DNA of 64,000 nucleotides from positions 12,576-76,575 of the IMG/VR virus record IMGVR_UViG_3300005282_000001; one strand, written 5' to 3'. The translations under genes and the position numbers were made by a program. This document shows, in pieces, positions 57,019 through 64,000 of the stretch. Under the pieces are notes generated by a model. It saw only the letters and a list, made by a program, of their open reading frames with translations. It had not been told where the DNA came from and did not search any database. Positions within the stretch are counted from its first letter, which is position 1. Every line of letters begins with the position of its first letter. The stretch comes from a virus. Taxonomy: Duplodnaviria > Caudoviricetes.

Positions 57019-57744
57019 CTAACCTTTGATTTCACAAATTTTCTTGAGTAACATCTCTCGTCCCTTTACAGTCACTAGTGATTGTTTACCAGAGAAATCC
57101 CCTGTAGCATACTCTTTCATCTCAAAGTAATTCCCATTGTATTTCGCGTATGGCAATAGAATACTATGTTTTCCTTTGGTTCTATAGAGGTACCCATTGG
57201 TTACAAGAAAGTCTATGAGTTGCTTCTGCTTAACCCCAATGAGTTTTGCGGTATCTCTAAAATTAACAGCGTTCCCATGGTCCACTAGGGTATCAAAGTA
57301 GTTTACCTTAGGTTTACTTTGCTCAATCTGCTGAGCCTGCTGCTGTCTAATAGTTTCCTCTTGAATCCACCGCTGAGCTCTTGCAATGGGATCCTCAAGT
57401 TGATACGATGGTAGTGCTAAGGATTTTATTTGTGATTCCATATCGTTGAACGCTTGGATATACTTGAGTTTCCATTCTAATACATCACGGGTATTATTGA
57501 AACTCATTGCCAGCAAAGCAAATCCATCGCGGTTCATAAGGTATTCCTTGCATGATTTTCCTGATGAATCTTTGTAGGATGACTCAAAGAACCACTGAAC
57601 GGACTTTTCCGTTGAGCTTAAGTCATCTATATGCTTCTCTACACTCTTAATAACGTCACTATGTCTTTTTCCAAAGTTTTCCGCTACATTTCTACTGGAT
57701 ACCAAAATTGTTCCATTGATTACTTTTACTAATTCATTTGTCAT
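57019..57744 (-). CDS. Rha-family regulator with ANT/KilA-C domain
   Basis: SSRNVAENFGKRHSDV, YLMNRDGF..LAMSF, KPKVNYFD. Confidence 0.9.
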   Translation of the reverse strand: MTNELVKVINGTILVSSRNVAENFGKRHSDVIKSVEKHIDDLSSTEKSVQWFFESSYKDSSGKSCKEYLMNRDGFALLAMSFNNTRDVLEWKLKYIQAFNDMESQIKSLALPSYQLEDPIARAQRWIQEETIRQQQAQQIEQSKPKVNYFDTLVDHGNAVNFRDTAKLIGVKQKQLIDFLVTNGYLYRTKGKHSILLPYAKYNGNYFEMKEYATGDFSGKQSLVTVKGREMLLKKICEIKG

Positions 57745-57750
57745 TTCTTT

Positions 57751-57856
57751 CTCTCCTTTTGTTCTACCATAGATTCTCTTCATATGACTGTCCTACGCTT
57801 TCTGTGAGGACTTATGAGCGTACTTTAGTATATTACCCATACACTTACATAGGTTA
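57751..57856 (-). promoter_or_regulatory. Repeated promoter/leader cassette, copy A
   Basis: Shares ttacataggtt, gagcgtactttagtatatt, tgtgaggac and RBS with 58739-58842. Confidence 0.7.
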
Positions 57857-57890
57857 ATCATTTGAACTCGTCATAAGTCCCTACAGACAC

Positions 57891-58088
57891 TCAAGTATAA
57901 CCAGATATCTTCTTATACATTTTACAGTTACTCGTTTGGTATCCAATGAGCTCATGTAAACATTCGAAGAACTTGAAACAATTGCCTTCACATGTTTTAC
58001 ATAAGCATCCATTGCAATTATGAGAGTATTCATACAGCTTCTTAGTTCCTTCTGCGGTAAGCTTTATGGGTCCAAATGGATCTCTCAT
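57891..58088 (-). CDS. Small Cys-rich hypothetical protein
   Basis: CNGCLCKTCEGNC. Confidence 0.6.
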   Translation of the reverse strand: MRDPFGPIKLTAEGTKKLYEYSHNCNGCLCKTCEGNCFKFFECLHELIGYQTSNCKMYKKISGYT

Positions 58089-58336
58089 TTGTTCACCACT
58101 AGAATTTCACATGAATCCACTTGTCCAACCAATGCATCCATAGAATCACTTGTGACAAACAGCAGATTTCCATGTCTTTCCCATGTAGTTCCATTGGCAC
58201 ACTCGTCTGTATTCATGTTAAGTACCATTGCATCACCAAGGTACTTAAGGTTTCTACTGTTAATTGCACTAGGGATAATCTCAAGGACTCGTTTGGCGTT
58301 TCCGTAGTATTCTTTAGTTTTCAGCTGATATACCAT
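58085..58336 (-). CDS. Hypothetical protein
   Basis: ORF in operon. Confidence 0.6.
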   Translation of the reverse strand: MVYQLKTKEYYGNAKRVLEIIPSAINSRNLKYLGDAMVLNMNTDECANGTTWERHGNLLFVTSDSMDALVGQVDSCEILVVNK

Positions 58337-58725
58337 TATATTTTACCTTCTTTCCAATGAGGATACTTAGATTCTACAGTTTCTCTTGCGAGTTTCTCAA
58401 TGTCTTCACGTGAATTACATGAGGTGATATCGAGAGATAGCTCAATAGAAGACCAGTTGTCTTCAGTAGTTAACTCAGTTTTCTCTAGATTATCTGCTGG
58501 GTCTATAACAATCGTATAGTCATCATATAGTGTTACCCTGGAATATTTAGGAGGAATAAAAGTTTCATCAGAACTATCATCCCACTCTTCAACTGAACAT
58601 CTATCGTCATAATCATAGAACTTCTCTTGGTATCTACAATAGCTTTCCGCTGCTTCTTTGCTTAAGAACACCTTGTCGATTCCATAGTCTTCCCATGATC
58701 CACTTGTTACCACATAAATTTTCAT
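58336..58725 (-). CDS. Hypothetical protein (KIYVVTSGSWEDY phage family)
   Basis: Follows cassette B. Confidence 0.65.
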   Translation of the reverse strand: MKIYVVTSGSWEDYGIDKVFLSKEAAESYCRYQEKFYDYDDRCSVEEWDDSSDETFIPPKYSRVTLYDDYTIVIDPADNLEKTELTTEDNWSSIELSLDITSCNSREDIEKLARETVESKYPHWKEGKI

Positions 58726-58738
58726 TAGATTTCATATC

Positions 58739-58842
58739 CTCTCTTTTGTTTACTATAGATTTGATCCATACGAGTACCGTATGCTTCTTGTGAGGACCGT
58801 GGAGCGTACTTTAGTATATTGCCTATAGGATTACATAGGTTC
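58739..58842 (-). promoter_or_regulatory. Repeated promoter/leader cassette, copy B
   Basis: See copy A. Confidence 0.7.
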
Positions 58843-58910
58843 ATACTAAGGTATTGTCACAGACACTTACAAGAACTGCAAAGTAGTTCGGTTGCGTTAG
58901 CAGAAACTCC

Positions 58911-59078
58911 TCAGTATTCCTCTCTCTTCACAATGTATCTATCGCTGCACCTTAGGTCACTACGGGACCATATAAATACACAATCGATTCCAACGTTTAT
59001 TCTGATGAAATACCATGTGCCTCCGATGATTCTTCTGTATAATCTGTAGTTACCTAACAAGTAGTCAAGTTTACTCAT
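58911..59078 (-). CDS. Small basic hypothetical protein (55 aa, not in ORF track)
   Basis: GGAGGT RBS; MSKLDYLLGNYRLYRR. Confidence 0.55.
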   Translation of the reverse strand: MSKLDYLLGNYRLYRRIIGGTWYFIRINVGIDCVFIWSRSDLRCSDRYIVKREEY

Positions 59079-59116
59079 GTCATACCTCCGAATTCATTTG
59101 TTATCCCCATAATACA

Positions 59117-59818
59117 TCAGAATTCACTGGTTGTCAATAGTTTTCTAATGTAATCCACACCTTTCTGGCGTACATAAGTTGTCGTAGCGACCACTTGGTT
59201 ATCTCCAGCTACATAAGTAGACTCAACAAGCTTAAAGTATCCAGTATCCACAAAGCGTTGGTATGGTACATTGGTATCCTGAAGGATTCCTCTGTCTCTC
59301 AAGAGTTTGTATAGTTTATTTCTGCCGATTCCCATGTCGAGTACCTTAGCTACATCTGCCATACTCAATAGACTTTCAGATGACGCTACGGTATCATAGA
59401 AGTCAGCCTTTGGTTGCATAAGTTCAATAGTTTTCGCTTGTTCCGCGGCGAGCATAAGAGCATCTGCATAAGTCTGAGGGATTACATATGACCCACTCTT
59501 GCGAATACTTGGGAGTACTTCTGATGTTACCCAACGCTTAAACTCTTTAGCTGTCGGAAGTTTACTGCTGAGTACAAGTGAGTACAATCCAGACTCATTG
59601 ATCACTGTCATTTCTCTAGATTGACCTGAGGTAGCGAAACGCGACCCCTGCTTATCATCAGAATCAACATGCTTAGCCAAGGCATCTTTTGTATTCTTGT
59701 ACCCCAACGCATCCGCAATGTCCTTACCAACGAACCATGGTTCACCTTTTATTTCTACAGTTCTTACGCTACCAAACTTCTCACTTGTGAATACTTTTGT
59801 CATTTCATTCATTTTCAT
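59117..59818 (-). CDS. Bro-N + ANT antirepressor
   Basis: GEPWFVGKDIADALGY, INESGLYSLVLSS, FKRWVTSEVLPSIRK, QPKADFYD. Confidence 0.93.
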   Translation of the reverse strand: MKMNEMTKVFTSEKFGSVRTVEIKGEPWFVGKDIADALGYKNTKDALAKHVDSDDKQGSRFATSGQSREMTVINESGLYSLVLSSKLPTAKEFKRWVTSEVLPSIRKSGSYVIPQTYADALMLAAEQAKTIELMQPKADFYDTVASSESLLSMADVAKVLDMGIGRNKLYKLLRDRGILQDTNVPYQRFVDTGYFKLVESTYVAGDNQVVATTTYVRQKGVDYIRKLLTTSEF

Positions 59819-59839
59819 TTGTCTCCTTTAGTTTTATTG

Positions 59840-59930
59840 TGTACAATTGTACATTACGTGAGGTATACCTTTAGATTATTAGGACGCCCTGTTTTAGGGC
59901 ACCCTTTGTAAACTGTAGAATCTACAGTTT
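59840..59930. promoter_or_regulatory. Operator-like palindromes upstream of the antirepressor
   Basis: TGTACAATTGTACA (59840-53) and AAACTGTAGA-A-TCTACAGTTT (59910-30), the latter abutting TATACTAAAGT. Confidence 0.6.
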
Positions 59931-60084
59931 ACTTTAGTATACAAAAGGGTTTTAGTGAAATACTATGGGTACCTAATGTCGTGTTTTGCGACCACAGGTA
60001 TAGCCTACGGTATTTTGGCGTACCCTTAGCTCACCCGTCTACCTTACGGGTCAGAGGTAATCCCAAAGTAGGACTACAGAAATC

Positions 60085-60273
60085 TCAACGACGTTTTGCC
60101 TCTGAGTCACCCTCCATTATTCTTGTGAATTCTTTTGATAAATCTCTGATATTCTTGAGTTCCCTTAGTCCCTTAAGGATATCTTTGGTAAGTACCGAGT
60201 CTTCCTTTAGGATTACTGATGACTCCATAGAATCTATGAGGGACTTTAGTTCATCATCTGTTAACTCTTGCAT
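60085..60273 (-). CDS. Hypothetical protein
   Basis: GAAGGTG RBS. Confidence 0.55.
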   Translation of the reverse strand: MQELTDDELKSLIDSMESSVILKEDSVLTKDILKGLRELKNIRDLSKEFTRIMEGDSEAKRR

Positions 60274-60324
60274 TCTATCACCTTCTTTTGTTTTCTCTTA
60301 TGATACATCTGAATCCACTAGTTG

Positions 60325-60750
60325 TCAATAGTATTCATTAAGAATCATTCTATAGACTCTCATGTTAGGGCAATGAGTTTTAAAGAAATCTTTATCATTC
60401 CCTAGATATATCTTAGATAATGCAGCAGCTACACCAGCACTTCTGGACACTCCAGCTTCACAGTTAACAACTATAGATGTCTCATGGAAGTCCTCTACGA
60501 ACGCTAAGATAAGCTTAGCCATCACTGTTGTAAATAACCTAGGTTTCCTATCGGATATCAATAGAGTACTGAAGTCCTCCCCTGGGTACTTATCGGTATC
60601 TAGGTCGTCAAATAGTAACTTTAGTGTGCCCTTACGCTTTTCATTAGGCGGCAATTGTATATTCTTATCAGTTCCAATGGATATTGCAATATGTTCTGTA
60701 GTAAACCTAGCTACTTCTGCTTCTCTTGCGGATATTGCTATTATTTTCAT
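60325..60750 (-). CDS. CX5R (tyrosine/dual-specificity-type) phosphatase
   Basis: VVNCEAGVSRSAG active-site motif; FDD general-acid loop. Confidence 0.85.
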   Translation of the reverse strand: MKIIAISAREAEVARFTTEHIAISIGTDKNIQLPPNEKRKGTLKLLFDDLDTDKYPGEDFSTLLISDRKPRLFTTVMAKLILAFVEDFHETSIVVNCEAGVSRSAGVAAALSKIYLGNDKDFFKTHCPNMRVYRMILNEYY

Positions 60751-60866
60751 TTGTATTCCTCACTTCCTCATGCTTGTTTCTAGCGTATTTCTTTTGTAGT
60801 CCATTGTTTATACCTATGGGTGCTAAAATATTGCTGTAGGTCCCTACAGGTATGTCTATGGTCGTG

Positions 60867-60974
60867 TTATGAATTTAATGTGACCAATAGTAACTTCCAT
60901 ATAAGTGCTATAGCACTTATTAAAAATATCCAAATAAAACCTGTGAATATAACTCTAAATCTTAATGAGTACAT
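60867..60974 (-). CDS. 35-aa single-pass membrane peptide (not in ORF track)
   Basis: GAGGA RBS; MYSLRFRVIFTGFIWIFLISAIALIWKLLLVTLNS. Confidence 0.6.
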   Translation of the reverse strand: MYSLRFRVIFTGFIWIFLISAIALIWKLLLVTLNS

Positions 60975-60997
60975 TAGTTTATCCTCACATTCTATTG

Positions 60998-61153
60998 TTA
61001 TCTTTTGAAGTACATAAGTACCAAATGGACACCTATGAGTGCTATTGGCATTCCTAAGATCAATAGCAGTAACTTAAGTCCACCTTGGATAGCTACTAGT
61101 AACAGTTGTACACCTAAGTATACCAGTAGAATTCCTATGATTAACTCTAGCAT
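60998..61153 (-). CDS. 51-aa two-pass membrane peptide (not in ORF track)
   Basis: TAAGGAGGTG RBS; MLELIIGILLVYLGVQLLLVAIQGGLKLLLLILGMPIALIGVHLVLMYFKR. Confidence 0.75.
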   Translation of the reverse strand: MLELIIGILLVYLGVQLLLVAIQGGLKLLLLILGMPIALIGVHLVLMYFKR

Positions 61154-61178
61154 TTCTTAACACCTCCTTATTGATTCT

Positions 61179-61207
61179 ATAGTACCACTAAGTTTATCAT
61201 GAGTCAA
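61179..61207 (-). promoter_or_regulatory. Strong sigma-A-type promoter
   Basis: TTGACT-17 nt-TG-extended TACTAT. Confidence 0.8.
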
Positions 61208-61255
61208 TAGGTATTTTAACAAGCTTTAGCTTGTGCGTAAGCAACATAGGATACA

Positions 61256-61360
61256 TATGTACTCTATAGAGTTCTAATGATTCATCAGTGGTCATTAGTT
61301 CGCTGCTACACTGTACTGCAATGTATTCTGATGGTTCATTAGGTAACTATAGAGTACATA
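61256..61360. other. Long imperfect hairpin
   Basis: Perfect 14-bp tatgtactctatag/ctatagagtacata plus inner ctaatga/tcattag and catcag/ctgatg. Confidence 0.8.
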
Positions 61361-61727
61361 TGGGAGAACGTAGTGGCCTAGCGGTCACTTGCTACACTTC
61401 GTTCCGCATAAGGGCTTAGTCATATAAAATATTCTATTGTGATGTGTTATAGGGTTTATTTGAATACTTAAATATACTTAGAGTCTTATGTTACTAAAGT
61501 GCAACTTAGGTATCATATGGTTATTTATGGTGATTACTGTTGGTTTACACAATTGAATAACTTTAGGTCTAATAGTGTAACTTTGGGGTGATAAGAAGAG
61601 AGGAGCGACATCCTAAAAAAATGCCAATAACACCATACGCCACAAGGGTTTGCAGGTGTTTTGATGAGTTGTCCATATTGGTAACAAATCACACCCATTC
61701 GTATCCTTTTTCGACAACGTTTTGAAC

Positions 61728-62201
61728 CTATTTGTATCCTCTAAACAGGTCGCAGGTACTCTTGTTAACCTTATCGCCTATAAGAAATAAGAATGGATTA
61801 CCATAGTATTCATAAGAAGTTCCCATGATTACCTTTGCTAGTATTTGGTTATCCACAAGTTCTCTCATGGCTTCTGAAACAAACCTTTTGGTATGTCCAG
61901 TCAACTTAACGATATGATGATTTTTGATGACTGTTCCATTGTTAAACTCAAGTCGATTGGTATCATAAGAAACAAATGTAACTAAGGCTATTGCTAAGAG
62001 TGCTGTAGATGACTTAACGTTATCTAACATATTGTAAAGGTGTAATGGGTATACTTTGTAAAACTGTCGACCATCTGATGTATCCAATTGAGCTGCTTTC
62101 TTCTTAGCAAACTCAAGTTGTCCTTCTGTTACTATTTTATAACTCTTAGGTAATTCGTCAAGTACTTCCCCTGTTTCTAAGTCTACTATCGCATGTGACA
62201 T
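61728..62201 (-). CDS. RepL-like winged-helix protein
   Basis: FYKVY, TKRFVSEAMRELVDNQIL, YYGNPFLF.IG. Confidence 0.6.
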   Translation of the reverse strand: MSHAIVDLETGEVLDELPKSYKIVTEGQLEFAKKKAAQLDTSDGRQFYKVYPLHLYNMLDNVKSSTALLAIALVTFVSYDTNRLEFNNGTVIKNHHIVKLTGHTKRFVSEAMRELVDNQILAKVIMGTSYEYYGNPFLFLIGDKVNKSTCDLFRGYK

Positions 62202-62621
62202 TAGTTTTCCTCCCGTTTACCAAGAGACTCAATGAACTCTTCATCAGTTATTAACTTAGTGGTTATCACATAGACCTCATCTTTCCTTATGGAAAACTTA
62301 TCAACACAATCGTAAATAACCAGGTCGTCCAACTGATTTCTAATGGTATCTTTTGGTGTCTCTAGTTTATCCGCGGCTTGACCTAATGAAAAAACTGTTG
62401 GTTCCAAAGGTGTCATATAGTTTCATAAGTATAAAATTGAGTTCTGATGGAGAACTAAGCATCTTAAATAACTTGCAGCCAGTCTTGTGATGTCCAAGCC
62501 CATTACACTCGAAGCACCTGTGAGTCTCATATGGGTTTCCATGTTTATCAAATCTTACCGTAGTCTTCCCAAACTCTGTCTCTTGTAACATTCGTATTGC
62601 CTCACGCTTCCATTGGTCCAT
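62201..62621 (-). CDS. Paralog of 62621..63091, split into two overlapping frames (62367-62621 and 62201-62416)
   Basis: MDQWK..AI..L...EFGKT and CxxC..H...C shared; second half aligns to the next frame. Confidence 0.55.
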
Positions 62622-63091
62622 TATTGTTCCTCCTTCTCATTCTGTTCGACTGATGTACCTTGTGCGTCTTCTGTATTCTCAAGTAACTCATCGATGTGCT
62701 GTTGGCTACATGTGACTCTGTAGAACCAGTCGCCATACTCTTCGGCACTCTCTATTAGCCCATAAGTTAGCATATCGCTAATGAACTCTTCTGTAGCTTC
62801 CTTAGTAATCTTTAAATCTACCTCAGCATCGGTAGTAACAAACCATAGATTCTCTTCTTTGCCACATAGCTCCTTAAGTAACATTAGTTGTTCCCTAGGT
62901 GGCGTAAGTAACTGTTGTAACTCACAGTAATCCGCATGGTATCCTTCGCATTCACATATAGGACACACATGATCCTCCCATGGTTCCTCATAAGCATCAT
63001 CTGAATCCCCATAGTCTAGTATAGTTTTCCCAAACTCCATCTGACGTAACACTCCAATTGCCTTCTGTTTCCATTGGTCCATTTGTTCCAC
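62621..63091 (-). CDS. Hypothetical early protein with CxxC-H-C Zn motif
   Basis: CPICECEGYHADYC. Confidence 0.65.
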   Translation of the reverse strand: MEQMDQWKQKAIGVLRQMEFGKTILDYGDSDDAYEEPWEDHVCPICECEGYHADYCELQQLLTPPREQLMLLKELCGKEENLWFVTTDAEVDLKITKEATEEFISDMLTYGLIESAEEYGDWFYRVTCSQQHIDELLENTEDAQGTSVEQNEKEEQ

Positions 63092-63125
63092 TCTCCCATT
63101 CCTTTAGTTTTTCTTATCAACTCTC

Positions 63126-63154
63126 ATGATACCACTTTTGTATCGCCGTGTAAA
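63126..63154 (-). promoter_or_regulatory. Sigma-A-type early promoter
   Basis: TTTACA-17 nt-TG-extended TATCAT. Confidence 0.7.
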
Positions 63155-63901
63155 GCTTTTGTTTCACCTATGATAAAATATTGGTAAACATTAGTAATAT
63201 CAATGGGTTACAGCAGTTTTACGCTGTGATTCATATGCGATACACATGTTTTCTATGGTATTTCTAGGGAATACAAGGGTTTCCAGCAGTTTTACATGTG
63301 ATATTGTTATGTGTTTCATATCGAATACCTATGAAGCCACGTGGTTCCTAGTGTTATGGCTACTGGTACCGTATGACCGTCTCACGTTACGCTGGTGAAT
63401 ATTTTGGTACGTACGTATGTACTTGTATTGGTTACATGATAAATACTTGTGAGCACTCTTGTACGCAGCGTATAACATGTGAAAACAGTAGTAACCATCA
63501 GTGTTCATGGGGATTGTAGAGTAAAATTGTGTAGTCTATAGATTTCACAGGTACCCACGAGAATTGCAGGGGAGTAATACCGCCCCCATGAGCTCATAAG
63601 AAAGCCCCTTTGGAATCTCAAATGTTGCCCCTAGGGTACCTGTGAGACCATAAGAAGTCCCGCTGATCGTTCATCTGTGTGCATGAGCAGTGCCCGTAAA
63701 CCCGCGTAGTTCCTAGTGTAGTAGCAATTGTGTTCATATAATTATCATTATGCGAACATATGAAATACTAAACATATACAACTGGTATGCTTTAGAATCT
63801 GCTGCTATCGCATGAATACATAGCAAATTCATATGTTTACTTTTGTGCACACGTGGAACTTTTGTGAAAATCAAAGGTAGGATAGGCGTTCGGTTGCATT
63901 A

Positions 63902-64000
63902 CATCTCAGCAACACCAGAGTACATTAGAGGCATCTCAGCAACACCAGAGTACATTAGAGGCATCTCAGCAACACCAGAGTACATTAGAGGCACCACAGC
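63902..64000. repeat. 30-bp tandem repeat, three perfect copies plus partial, running off the window edge
   Basis: catctcagcaacaccagagtacattagagg x3. Confidence 0.95.

Noticed and set aside
57019-59818. Lysogeny module
   Set aside because: Rha-ANT and Bro-ANT are present but no integrase, CI-like repressor or att site is visible; lifestyle cannot be called from this window.
1265-60331. Antisense and nested ORFs in the track (e.g. 4627..5268, 34538..35023, 49710..50183, 53115..53384, 53412..53765, 59981..60331)
   Set aside because: They overlap well-supported genes or the structured RNA on the opposite strand, and lack RBSs and recognisable motifs.
61281-61288. Hammerhead ribozyme (CUGAUGA on - strand)
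   Set aside because: No stem II followed by GAAA and no matching cleavage triplet geometry.
63902-64000. CRISPR array
   Set aside because: Units are contiguous with no unique spacers; no cas genes.
1-64000. Alternative genetic code
   Set aside because: TGA, TAG and TAA all end well-supported genes, often in ATGA overlaps; only one small ORF has an internal TGA.
1-64000. tRNA genes
   Set aside because: No cloverleaf with T-loop GTTCRA and D-loop signatures found by eye; tRNAscan would settle it.

Overview
The whole window is one long-tailed (siphovirus-type) dsDNA phage genome segment of a Firmicutes-type host. It has sigma-A-like promoters and GGAGG RBSs; Negativicutes is only a weak inference from the endolysin type. 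No integrase, repressor, tRNA or CRISPR array was seen. It has three blocks. (1) 1-24.5 kb, + strand: replication and nucleotide metabolism (intein-containing DnaE truncated at the window edge, T7-like SSB, RNA ligase, primase-helicase, 5'-3' exonuclease, dNMP kinase, RusA, intein-containing class II RNR, ThyX-like, dUTPase) plus families of shuffled small paralogs. (2) 24.7-56.5 kb, - strand: terminase, portal, protease/scaffold, capsid, head-tail, tail, lambda M/L/K/J-like tail tip, glycoside-hydrolase receptor-binding protein and lysis. (3) 57-63.1 kb, - strand: early/regulatory genes (Rha-ANT, Bro-ANT, CX5R phosphatase, RepL-like, unannotated small membrane peptides). The most notable observations are: two related ORF-less group I introns interrupting the tape measure gene (spliced product 1738 aa); a ~640-nt densely base-paired non-coding RNA candidate with its own terminator in the packaging module; free-standing HNH genes that sit between a gene's 3' end and a diverged second copy of that end (rusA, 3D gene); a ribonucleotide reductase cassette flanked by a duplicated gene start; two non-canonical inteins; and a dyad-symmetric array of GNA/GNNA mini-hairpins upstream of the putative terS. 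All calls come from reading motifs by eye; no database search was run.
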